A DNA stretch of 64,000 nucleotides from a virus. The translations under genes and the position numbers were made by a program. Position 1 is the stretch's first letter; every line of letters begins with the position of its first letter. Positions 28,448-35,859 of this stretch are shown one piece after another. Under the pieces are notes generated by a model. It ran no database searches and had not been told where the DNA came from. It saw only the letters and a program-made list of their open reading frames with translations. The stretch lies in the IMG/VR virus record IMGVR_UViG_3300037963_003542, one strand, 5' to 3'.

Positions 28448-28469
28448 AAGGGGACTACGGTCCCCTTTT
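28448..28469 (+). terminator. rho-independent terminator
   Basis: AAGGGGAC-TACG-GTCCCCTT then TT. Confidence 0.75.
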
Positions 28470-28473
28470 CACT

Positions 28474-28558
28474 GGAAAGGTGGTCGAGTGGTTTATGGCA
28501 CTGGTCTTGAAAACCAGCGATGTGAGAGCATCCGTGGGTTCAAATCCCACCCTTTCCG
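28474..28558 (+). tRNA. tRNA-Ser (anticodon TGA)
   Basis: Acceptor GGAAAGG/CCTTTCC, anticodon arm CTGGT-CTTGAAA-ACCAG, long variable arm, T-loop GGTTCAAATCC; no encoded CCA. Confidence 0.95.
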
Positions 28559-28601
28559 TTGGAGTTTAACTCCACCCCAAAATTCTTTGCAAGTTTCTAC
28601 C

Positions 28602-28775
28602 ATGAATCAAATCGAAAACATCCTGTGTGACATTGATGGTCTGATTGGCGCTGCACTTGAAGCAGGCGACAAAGAAAATGCACAGGCACTAGTAGAAGAG
28701 TTTGGTGAGTGGTTCCTTGACTATGATAATGGCAGAGAAATCGAAGTTTTCTGTGTCGCTGAGGAGAGTGCATGA
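28602..28775 (+). CDS. small acidic hypothetical protein
   Basis: MNQIENILCDIDG...; start moved downstream of the tRNA. Confidence 0.65.
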   Translation: MNQIENILCDIDGLIGAALEAGDKENAQALVEEFGEWFLDYDNGREIEVFCVAEESA

Positions 28776-28996
28776 TATATTATTATGAGATCAGTATTGC
28801 AATCTTTGCTTTTCTTGTATTTTTAATTTACACAGACCCGAACGCTGCCCCGTACCTTAATTTAATTTTCAAAGAAAATTGGATTAACATCAGGCGGTGG
28901 TTTTATATCGCCATCATGTACCCAAGAATTAAATTTGACATGTGGATGATGAAGCGTCGAATAGAAAAAATTAAGAGAGAAAATAACATTAAGTAA
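28772..28996 (+). CDS. small membrane protein
   Basis: N-terminal hydrophobic helix; ATGA overlap. Confidence 0.65.
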   Translation: MIYYYEISIAIFAFLVFLIYTDPNAAPYLNLIFKENWINIRRWFYIAIMYPRIKFDMWMMKRRIEKIKRENNIK

Positions 28997-29041
28997 TTTG
29001 GATAGTTATGTGTTATAATTACCTTAAGTTATGTTCAGGAA

Positions 29042-29212
29042 ATGACAAACTACAACATGGTGATTGATGCCATCTCACAGGAATTACACGCAGTCTATCA
29101 ACAAGACGAATGGAACGAGACCACAGCGAAGCAAACATCGCACAAGATCTTGACACTGGTAGAACAATTCCAGACGTTGAAGACACGACCAAGATGGAGG
29201 GCGAGCGACTAA
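29042..29212 (+). CDS. small hypothetical protein
   Basis: Manual: MTNYNMVIDAISQELHAVYQQDEWNETTAKQTSHKILTLVEQFQTLKTRPRWRASD*; AGGA SD. Confidence 0.6.
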   Translation: MTNYNMVIDAISQELHAVYQQDEWNETTAKQTSHKILTLVEQFQTLKTRPRWRASD

Positions 29213-29331
29213 AGTTGACACTAGCATTTCTAGGAGTTATACTAACAACGTTGGGTGTAATCTTCGCTGGTTACAAACATGGACACATGTCTATTTCAGC
29301 AGTCTATCATTCACTAACTAATTTCACTTAA
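29194..29331 (+). CDS. small single-TM protein
   Basis: MEGERLKLTLAFLGVILTTLGVIFAGYKHGHM...; start uncertain (track gives 29110). Confidence 0.55.
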   Translation: MEGERLKLTLAFLGVILTTLGVIFAGYKHGHMSISAVYHSLTNFT

Positions 29332-29615
29332 TGGCAATTCGTAATCGCAAAGGTAAAACTGTTGGTGCTGATGGTACTACTACCAAACGCAAACCAGGAC
29401 GCCCTAAGAAGAAACGTGGACCAGAAATTGATCCACCACGTCCTGTAGATGGGGGATTTCATGTAGTATTCCCCAATCATCTTCAGTTCAAAGAGAAGGA
29501 CGGCACACTGAAGAACTGTTACTTTCAGTGTGAATACCACATGGACAAATACATTGAGAGGTACAAACTTGACCGACGCAAACTTACAATCCGAGCAACA
29601 AAACCCCGTAACTGA
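29331..29615 (+). CDS. basic hypothetical protein
   Basis: ORF track; FP..L...E.....CYFQC..H..KYI.RY motif. Confidence 0.7.
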   Translation: MAIRNRKGKTVGADGTTTKRKPGRPKKKRGPEIDPPRPVDGGFHVVFPNHLQFKEKDGTLKNCYFQCEYHMDKYIERYKLDRRKLTIRATKPRN

Positions 29616-29901
29616 TACAATCCACCCGTCCTTGAAGCAAACTCTAGGACCAAACAACACCATTGAGAAAAACATTCCTGATGATGTTGAGTGGATTGAC
29701 GATGTATTCTACATTAAAAAAACTCGTTTTGGTTTGTATACTAGCATCCTAAAAAATCCATTGGGTGCTCATTTTCTCACTGGTGGTACTAGAGAAGGTG
29801 TGATTAACATGTCACGTTGGCATCTGAAATGCCTGCAAGATGATACATTGAAAGATTATACTCGCGTAGTAAATAATGGAGTTGTTGGAGGTAAATTGTG
29901 A
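29530..29901 (+). CDS. hypothetical protein (true start probably about 29630)
   Basis: IPDDVEWIDDVFYIKKTRFGLYTS...SRWHLK; the N-terminal 30 codons overlap the upstream gene. Confidence 0.65.
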   Translation: MNTTWTNTLRGTNLTDANLQSEQQNPVTDTIHPSLKQTLGPNNTIEKNIPDDVEWIDDVFYIKKTRFGLYTSILKNPLGAHFLTGGTREGVINMSRWHLKCLQDDTLKDYTRVVNNGVVGGKL

Positions 29902-30569
29902 AAAAACCACTAAAGCAAGTGTCTGTGCATGGAGCATTCTCCGTGCCTTTTGTTACATTTAAGTTTAGTAAGCATACTGAATATGACTTCAAACCAATCG
30001 AGAAGACTGTAAGGAAACCTGATGAGTGGCACATGCCTCTCAATACATCATACCCAAACATTGAGGATGATGATCCTTATATTAAACCTAATGTCCGTGA
30101 TCGATTGAAGAGAGATCTTCAGGAAGATCTTGTGGATGTGATGAAGGATCTTGGTATCATTCCTCTGTTTAAGATGAAGGATTTCTGGTATAACATTTAC
30201 CATGATAATCAAGGTCAGGAAGTACATGATCACCTCTCTGATTGTACTTCAAAGAATCCAACGTGGTCTGTGATCTATTACTATAAGAACGCACCTGGAA
30301 CTGTATTCATCCGCAATGATGATTGGTATAGAACCCAAGAGTTTCCTATGTGGCGTAATAGTATGCTCGCTGAGTGTTATATGCCATCATATATTCCAGA
30401 CTTAACGGATGGTGATGTTATTATGTTCCCTCCTTACATTAAGCATATGGTTAGGTATAGTGATAATCCTGATTTCCGCCTTACATTTGCTACCAACCTT
30501 ACGTTGTTGGATGACAATGAGATGCCTTCCATAGATAAAAATATCGGTAAGATTAAAGGTTTCGGATGA
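29898..30569 (+). CDS. putative 2OG-Fe(II) oxygenase
   Basis: WYNIY...Q.VHDH...WSVIYY...G...MFPPYIKHMV...R.TFA.N. Confidence 0.75.
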   Translation: MKKPLKQVSVHGAFSVPFVTFKFSKHTEYDFKPIEKTVRKPDEWHMPLNTSYPNIEDDDPYIKPNVRDRLKRDLQEDLVDVMKDLGIIPLFKMKDFWYNIYHDNQGQEVHDHLSDCTSKNPTWSVIYYYKNAPGTVFIRNDDWYRTQEFPMWRNSMLAECYMPSYIPDLTDGDVIMFPPYIKHMVRYSDNPDFRLTFATNLTLLDDNEMPSIDKNIGKIKGFG

Positions 30570-31039
30570 ATAATGAATTCCTAAAAGTTAGAGAACATCA
30601 TGAATACTTGCCAGGTGCAATGACTAAAGTTCCTACCTGGCAGGATTTTATTGATGAATTAGATTATTCCATGTGTAATGGTCTAGACATGAAAGGCAAT
30701 AATGATGGTGGTCTGGTTATAGAAAACTCGGATCATATTAGGCAATCTAAAAATCTAGAGGATAGAATTGCTAACTGTAATCCTGGTTATCTTTTAACTC
30801 ATACTCAGATTTACATCAGTTTGAGTAGAATGTCTACCACATTTGGTAAGCACAATGACACTACCGATGTTTGGTTTTGGCAGTGTATTGGTAAAACTTC
30901 TTGGACAGTATGGGATCCAGATCCAATCACATACATATTACGTCCTGGTGATATTATCTACACTCCAGTAGGTATGTTTCATGAACCAAAACCATTAACA
31001 CCAAGAGTCGGAATGTCAATCGGCATCAAACCATTATGA
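30566..31039 (+). CDS. cupin/JmjC-like oxygenase
   Basis: QIYISL....TFGKHNDTTDVWFWQCIGKT.W.V...L.PGD.IY.P.GMFHEP. Confidence 0.75.
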   Translation: MNNEFLKVREHHEYLPGAMTKVPTWQDFIDELDYSMCNGLDMKGNNDGGLVIENSDHIRQSKNLEDRIANCNPGYLLTHTQIYISLSRMSTTFGKHNDTTDVWFWQCIGKTSWTVWDPDPITYILRPGDIIYTPVGMFHEPKPLTPRVGMSIGIKPL

Positions 31040-31194
31040 ACGACGATGAATTCACACTATTACAAATAGATGATAGATTGAATGACCTAGAATCTAGGAT
31101 AGAATCTATTGAACATGCTATTCAAGTCCTCACGCATAGAATAGATGGTATTCACCCAGTGGTGTATAATATAGTAAACTCAGAAAAAAAGTAA
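31036..31194 (+). CDS. small coiled-coil protein
   Basis: Manual: MNDDEFTLLQIDDRLNDLESRIESIEHAIQVLTHRIDG...; ATGA overlap. Confidence 0.55.
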   Translation: MNDDEFTLLQIDDRLNDLESRIESIEHAIQVLTHRIDGIHPVVYNIVNSEKK

Positions 31195-31199
31195 TTGTC

Positions 31200-31379
31200 A
31201 TGTATGAAGAACTAAATTGCTTTGAAGAGGCACTGAAACACTTTGGTACAAGAGTTGAGTTTGCCTGCGCTATGGAAATGGGTAGGAAAATCTCTCCTGA
31301 GGATGCCTACCAGATGATCAAAGATGAAATGAAAGAACTAAAAAAGTGTCGTAAAAAGTTTAACAAGGAGGAATGTTGA
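31200..31379 (+). CDS. small hypothetical protein (cyanophage type)
   Basis: Manual: MYEELNCFEEALKHFGTRVEFACAMEMGRKISPEDAYQMIKDEMKELKKCRKKFNKEEC*. Confidence 0.75.
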   Translation: MYEELNCFEEALKHFGTRVEFACAMEMGRKISPEDAYQMIKDEMKELKKCRKKFNKEEC

Positions 31380-31564
31380 TGACTGATCCTAAAGAAGAAG
31401 ATTCTCTACTAGTTGAATACGATGAAGATGCTCGCACAATGAGAATTGAATGGGATGATAATGATCCTAAGTGGAACTGGTTGAATAGTCTTAGTGAAGA
31501 AGAAGTTCATGAAATTATCACGACTAATCTACAGCATTTGGTAGAACAAGATGAAACTAATTGA
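31373..31564 (+). CDS. small acidic hypothetical protein
   Basis: ORF track; IEWDDNDPKWNWLN motif. Confidence 0.65.
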   Translation: MLMTDPKEEDSLLVEYDEDARTMRIEWDDNDPKWNWLNSLSEEEVHEIITTNLQHLVEQDETN

Positions 31565-32135
31565 TTTAGAATCTCCAGAAGAACCTCTACAATATATTGA
31601 AGGAACTGAGTGGGATAGAGTAACTCAGGATTATATCAGGCAATATAAAGGTATTCTTACTGATGCAGAATGCAAAAAGATTATTGATGCTAATGAGCAT
31701 GATGAATGGGATGATGAGTGGGATGAAAATCCATGGATTGTAGGCACATACGACGACAACAGAGTATGTGATGTTAAATCAATCAAGGATCCCGAAATTG
31801 ATGACATTTTGTTTGGTGCATTTGGTAGAATGCTTAAACTTTATGCGAGGGATTTTTGGAGGGCATCATTGTGTCTAACTGATACTGGTTACACATTGTT
31901 CAAATATAGTCTGGGTGATAGTAATCCTATACACATTGAACCTTCTGGCAGCACTATTATCGCGACACTTATTTTAAGTTCAAGTGAAGGTGGTGGAATG
32001 CAATTTTTCAATAAAGAAAAAGTTGATACATCTATTGGTACTGGTATTATATACCCATCATCATTCATGTTTCCTTCCGCAGTGTTACCAGTGACAGAAG
32101 GTGTTCGCTATTATGTGAGTACCACCTTCAAATAA
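31551..32135 (+). CDS. prolyl-4-hydroxylase-like 2OG-Fe(II) oxygenase with a degenerate metal triad
   Basis: TGY.L.KY..G....IHIEP....ATLIL....GG...F...G..IIYPS.FMFPSAVLPVT.GVRY. Confidence 0.7.
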   Translation: MKLIDLESPEEPLQYIEGTEWDRVTQDYIRQYKGILTDAECKKIIDANEHDEWDDEWDENPWIVGTYDDNRVCDVKSIKDPEIDDILFGAFGRMLKLYARDFWRASLCLTDTGYTLFKYSLGDSNPIHIEPSGSTIIATLILSSSEGGGMQFFNKEKVDTSIGTGIIYPSSFMFPSAVLPVTEGVRYYVSTTFK

Positions 32136-32220
32136 CTTAATAGTAATAATTAAGACAATCTGTGATCCCGAATAAATTATAATATACATGTTATGATATT
32201 CACATACAACAGATTGCCCT

Positions 32221-32403
32221 ATGACACACATGCCACCAGATCGTTGCACCACACTTACTCCAGAAGAATTAGAGGAGTTAAATGCATTGCGGAAAGCAAT
32301 TACTGAGCATCCTGCGTCAGTACATTCTGACAGAATGGAGCGGTTTGCAGATCTGATGGTAAGATGTTTAGATGCCGAAGAGGAGAAATCTTCGGATAAA
32401 TAA
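32221..32403 (+). CDS. small hypothetical protein
   Basis: ORF track; LTPEELEELNALRKAI..HPASV...MERF..LM. Confidence 0.65.
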   Translation: MTHMPPDRCTTLTPEELEELNALRKAITEHPASVHSDRMERFADLMVRCLDAEEEKSSDK

Positions 32404-32423
32404 AACAACCATCGTATTCAACC

Positions 32424-32636
32424 ATGGATAACATCGAAGCACACATTGCTAAAGATAAGGAGATCCTAGAAAATCCAACAACGTCTCCACAACAGAGACG
32501 CCACATTGAGCATCAGTTAGACCAACTAGAACGCTATCAAAAGGAGCATCCTGAAGATCATCATGACCCCACAGACCTTGAACTCTGGTGTGAAGACTTC
32601 CCCGAAGCAGACGAGTGTAGAATTTACGAGGATTGA
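32424..32636 (+). CDS. cp12: CP12 Calvin-cycle inhibitor (phage type)
   Basis: C-terminal PTDLELWCEDFPEADECRIYED; N-term IEAHIAKDKEIL..P..SPQ.RRH...L..LE.Y...HP.DHHDP. Confidence 0.92.
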   Translation: MDNIEAHIAKDKEILENPTTSPQQRRHIEHQLDQLERYQKEHPEDHHDPTDLELWCEDFPEADECRIYED

Positions 32637-32808
32637 ACAATTCTACAAAGGACAAGAACTTTTATATCATTGTCCCGATACTACTCATCATGGTGTAGTC
32701 AATTTCATTGATGATGTATCTGGATCATACATTACATTGACTGTTAATGTGTCAGATTTGGTGATCTACCCGATATGGTGGGACAGACTAGAAGAATATA
32801 GCAAGTGA
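32563..32808 (+). CDS. hypothetical protein (start uncertain)
   Basis: ORF track; GVVNFIDD...YITL...VIYP..W; the 5' part overlaps cp12. Confidence 0.55.
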   Translation: MTPQTLNSGVKTSPKQTSVEFTRIEQFYKGQELLYHCPDTTHHGVVNFIDDVSGSYITLTVNVSDLVIYPIWWDRLEEYSK

Positions 32809-32888
32809 CCCTGTGCCACTTTGCGAACTGGATCAGCGCCCTTGACCAGGCGCTTTTTTAGTGGCATACTATAAGAGTCAAAGGGACA
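32809..32888 (+). promoter_or_regulatory. promoter cassette (copy 3)
   Basis: CCCTGTGCCACT-N7-CTGGATCA, AGCGCC...GGCGCT stem plus T6, TGgCATACT, then ATAAGAGTCAAAGGGACA. Confidence 0.65.
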
Positions 32889-32894
32889 CACCCC

Positions 32895-33140
32895 ATGCAA
32901 CTGCTCACCTCCGCCACGCAAATTGATTATTTTCCGCAAGGTGATGGTAAGCACCGCTTTACTAAGCGCGTTATCTGGCACCCCGATGCGGAATGTGATC
33001 AGCAGATGACTTCATTCAGCACTGTTCTTAAGATTGAGATGAAGTATCAGGTCCGTAATTACATCGCCAATGGTGCAGAGGTTGTCAAATTCAACACAGA
33101 AGAGTATAATGGTAAAGACTATACTCCTATGATGTGCTGA
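32895..33140 (+). CDS. hypothetical early protein
   Basis: ORF track; downstream of cassette 3. Confidence 0.7.
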   Translation: MQLLTSATQIDYFPQGDGKHRFTKRVIWHPDAECDQQMTSFSTVLKIEMKYQVRNYIANGAEVVKFNTEEYNGKDYTPMMC

Positions 33141-33304
33141 TGCACACTAACTATTCTTTACAGGGGAATGACATCATTCCCTACTATTCTATCCAAGAGT
33201 GGGTAGATAACTGGGACGAATTGTTTGAGCGGGTTGAAGTTGAACGTGAGACCATTGGTGTCTACGATAACAACAACTATTGCTTATTCGTTCCATTCTC
33301 CTAG
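33140..33304 (+). CDS. small protein with weak Phd/YefM antitoxin-like N-terminal motif
   Basis: Manual: MHTNYSLQGNDIIPYYSIQEWVDNWDELFERVEVERETIGVYDNNNYCLFVPFS*. Confidence 0.5.
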   Translation: MHTNYSLQGNDIIPYYSIQEWVDNWDELFERVEVERETIGVYDNNNYCLFVPFS

Positions 33305-33372
33305 GCAGCACAGTATTCAGCGTAAGACCTAGCATTGAACCAAACACAATCCACTAAACTTCTCTCTTAAAA

Positions 33373-33630
33373 ATGATCGTGAACGCTCCTATCGCTCGTA
33401 TGCTCACCTCTGAGCAATCCAGTGCTATTGCATTCATTAAAATTGAAGACGAAACTGTGACCATTTCGTATCAGTCTAATCCTGAGCGTATGTATGAATT
33501 CACCAGCGAATCTCAGACCTTTGTATCACAACTGACTCAGATTGTTGAGGCAGATGATTTCATGGGCATGTCGCTGGGCGGCATCGTAGCAGATGCTCGC
33601 CGTGTGGGTGATCTGGTCCAGACAGTCTGA
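33373..33630 (+). CDS. hypothetical protein, KTSC-like
   Basis: SSAIAFI...ETVTISYQSNPERMYEF resembles the KTSC SS.I....Y......L.V.F......Y.Y pattern. Confidence 0.55.
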   Translation: MIVNAPIARMLTSEQSSAIAFIKIEDETVTISYQSNPERMYEFTSESQTFVSQLTQIVEADDFMGMSLGGIVADARRVGDLVQTV

Positions 33631-33694
33631 GAAGTGGCACAGGGGCGCTTCTAGCGCCCTCTCCACCCCTTATAATATAAGAGTCAAAGGGACA
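33621..33694 (+). promoter_or_regulatory. promoter cassette (copy 4)
   Basis: GACAGT-N7-GTGGCACA, GGGGCGCT-TCT-AGCGCCCT stem, TATAAT at 33671, ATAAGAGTCAAAGGGACA. Confidence 0.75.
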
Positions 33695-33699
33695 GCACC

Positions 33700-33903
33700 A
33701 TGCTCACCACCAACGCACCATACGGTTGTCAGACATACAAGGATCTACTGATCCTGCTCCAGTCCATGACTCCCGAGCAACTAGATTGCACTCCAACTGT
33801 CTATGATGCTGACAATGATGAGTATTATCCTTTCAGTACATTCTTGACTGCGAGTGATACAAACTCTGTGCTTGATGAAGACCATCCTTACTTCTCCTTC
33901 TGA
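33700..33903 (+). CDS. hypothetical early protein
   Basis: ORF track; TY..LL..LQSMT.EQLD...TVYD...DEYY. Confidence 0.7.
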   Translation: MLTTNAPYGCQTYKDLLILLQSMTPEQLDCTPTVYDADNDEYYPFSTFLTASDTNSVLDEDHPYFSF

Positions 33904-34034
33904 TGACTAACACCGATGATTTCCTTGAAAACACCAAACTTGTTGCTGAAAAAACTGGCAACCTTGATCTCTGGCATGAAATGTTTGGTGAGTTTGAAGA
34001 AGAATCAGGATCCTCTCTGGATGACAACGACTGA
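33903..34034 (+). CDS. small acidic protein
   Basis: Manual: MTNTDDFLENTKLVAEKTGNLDLWHEMFGEFEEESGSSLDDND*; TGATG overlap. Confidence 0.5.
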   Translation: MTNTDDFLENTKLVAEKTGNLDLWHEMFGEFEEESGSSLDDND

Positions 34035-34052
34035 ACCCAATTACGACGACTG

Positions 34053-34241
34053 ATGGAAACTACAACAGCAACTTATCAGATCTCAGTTACAACTGACGAA
34101 GGGTCACTGTCATTCATGAAGGACATGCCCACTAAACCCAAAACATCTAAGGGTATTAAGTCACAGAATAATAAACTATCCAAGTGGGTAGAGCAACGCT
34201 ATCCTAACTTTATCTCCTACGACATCACTCTTCTCAAATGA
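34053..34241 (+). CDS. hypothetical protein
   Basis: ORF track. Confidence 0.65.
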   Translation: METTTATYQISVTTDEGSLSFMKDMPTKPKTSKGIKSQNNKLSKWVEQRYPNFISYDITLLK

Positions 34242-34417
34242 ATCGCGACGAACTTCAATCCAAACTGATTTATCAGATGTTGGATGACATGGATCTCAAA
34301 ACCATGTATTCTGTATTGTATGATTACATGAGTGAATCATATGATAAGTATTCTGAAGAAGAGTTGACAGAAGAGGTCAACGAGTATTATCCTGAACTTC
34401 TACCCATCCAAGACTAA
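34238..34417 (+). CDS. small acidic hypothetical protein
   Basis: Manual: MNRDELQSKLIYQMLDDMDLKTMYSVLYDYMSESYDKYSEEELTEEVNEYYPELLPIQD*. Confidence 0.7.
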   Translation: MNRDELQSKLIYQMLDDMDLKTMYSVLYDYMSESYDKYSEEELTEEVNEYYPELLPIQD

Positions 34418-34686
34418 TGAACAAGTATCGCGTCAAAACTATCTCATTTGATTTTGAGGACAGTGATTTTGAACTCCCACCAAGCATTCAACAAGAAATT
34501 ATTGATGATTGTAAAAATCGCGTCTGGTCTTCTGAAGAAGACGATTTAGTTGACGAGATCACTGAGTTCTACGGTTATTGCATCCAGAGTATTGACTATG
34601 AGGAGAAGATTCCTTATGTTGATGCTGTTATTGGTAACGATCCTTATGCTCCCGCATTCAAACGTGAATCTAATCTTTCAGAATGA
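34417..34686 (+). CDS. hypothetical protein
   Basis: ORF track; TAATG overlap. Confidence 0.65.
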   Translation: MNKYRVKTISFDFEDSDFELPPSIQQEIIDDCKNRVWSSEEDDLVDEITEFYGYCIQSIDYEEKIPYVDAVIGNDPYAPAFKRESNLSE

Positions 34687-34850
34687 TGACCACACAGAAC
34701 CTAATCATCAGTGGTCTACAGTATGAGGAGTTAGTGCTATTGCAAGAACTCATGGTGCTAGTAGATCAGACTGATATGATTGATCATCCTCTACTCATTG
34801 AGGATCGTGAGACATTTGAGTCACTTTTTAATAAGGTAATGAACGCATGA
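34683..34850 (+). CDS. small hypothetical protein
   Basis: Manual: MMTTQNLIISGLQYEELVLLQELM...FESLFNKVMNA*. Confidence 0.55.
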   Translation: MMTTQNLIISGLQYEELVLLQELMVLVDQTDMIDHPLLIEDRETFESLFNKVMNA

Positions 34851-34993
34851 CCTGGATCGTTAAAATGTATTCCGCAGGCAAAGTATTCAATGTGGAAATT
34901 ATCGCGGGTAATCCGCAAGATGCCCGCGCTGCTGCCCTCGCTCGTAATCCTCATGCAACTATTGTCGGAGTCAACGCAAGAATGGGTAACTGA
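34847..34993 (+). CDS. small hypothetical protein
   Basis: Manual: MTWIVKMYSAGKVFNVEIIAGNPQDARAAALARNPHATIVGVNARMGN*. Confidence 0.7.
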   Translation: MTWIVKMYSAGKVFNVEIIAGNPQDARAAALARNPHATIVGVNARMGN

Positions 34994-35061
34994 AGAAGAA
35001 TCAGTTACTGATATGATTGTAGACATCAACATTGATGAACTACACAAATTTGCTGAATTGA

Positions 35062-35856
35062 ATGACTATGTACTCACTACCGAGTGATTTTCCCCATGAC
35101 CCACCTAAAAACTATACTTACGAAGTTGAGGAGTTCCGACGTAACATTCTACGCATTTGGTGTTGCAATCATTCTCAATTCACTTACAACGGCGGTGGTC
35201 CTGCACAAACTGTTTGGGGATTCTACAACATCAAACGTAGAACTTACTTTGCCCCACACTCATCAAAACGGATCGGTGCAACAGTATCACTAGACCAGAC
35301 CACACCGTACAGTGCTATGCCACTTCTTAAACTGGCACTGGACAGCGTTGAAACCACCCCAGAAGGGTCTACAATGACTTCAGTTCAAACAAAGGACATG
35401 ACCACCACCACACCCCGCAAACAAGAGTTCAGCGACTTCTGTGCCCAGCGTGATGCACAGAACACCTTACAACTGAATGTGACCAAGTGGTGCTATATGT
35501 TGTGTGATGCATTGCGCCACAATTATATGAAGGAATCGTATGTACGTCACAAGTTCCTGATGCCTTCTTCATCTAATCCTGCTTATCATCAGGAGTGCCT
35601 GGATAAGATTGATAAGGACATTTGTGATTATAATTTCTATATTGAGACTGGTCGTAAGTATCACAAGATCATGATGAATGCTGCTGGTTCACACTCTGTC
35701 CATGCATTTGTTGACAAGAAGACTGGTGAACTTTACAAGGCAGCATCTATCAAACAACCTGCTAAAGGTGTACGCTTTGATCTTCGTATTATCACCCAGC
35801 GTGAGGAAGTATTGGAGAAATGTGATTGGGCAGGTGGTTACCTTTACAAGAGATGA
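35062..35856 (+). CDS. in-frame fusion of two hypothetical genes across a promoter cassette (second gene starts at 35398)
   Basis: First part PPKNYTYEVEEF.RN...IW...WGFYN...TTPYSAMP. Second part MTTTTPRK...GRKYHKI...SVHAFVDKKTGELYKAAS..QPAKGVRFDL with its own promoter and AAGGAC SD. Confidence 0.65.
   Translation: MTMYSLPSDFPHDPPKNYTYEVEEFRRNILRIWCCNHSQFTYNGGGPAQTVWGFYNIKRRTYFAPHSSKRIGATVSLDQTTPYSAMPLLKLALDSVETTPEGSTMTSVQTKDMTTTTPRKQEFSDFCAQRDAQNTLQLNVTKWCYMLCDALRHNYMKESYVRHKFLMPSSSNPAYHQECLDKIDKDICDYNFYIETGRKYHKIMMNAAGSHSVHAFVDKKTGELYKAASIKQPAKGVRFDLRIITQREEVLEKCDWAGGYLYKR
35318..35397 (+). promoter_or_regulatory. promoter cassette (copy 5), internal to the ORF
   Basis: TGCCACT-N7-CTGGCACT, TTGAAA-16-TACAAT(35370), GACTTCAGTTC. 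Confidence 0.65.
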
Positions 35857-35859
35857 TTT

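Noticed and set aside
28488-28601. N-terminal extension of ORF 28488-28775
   Set aside because: It runs through tRNA-Ser; the real start is ATG 28602.
32135-32200. Possible NtcA site or Pho box in the AT-rich gap before the cp12 cluster
   Set aside because: GTA-N8-GAC rather than TAC, and the TTAA repeats are 13 nt apart rather than 11.
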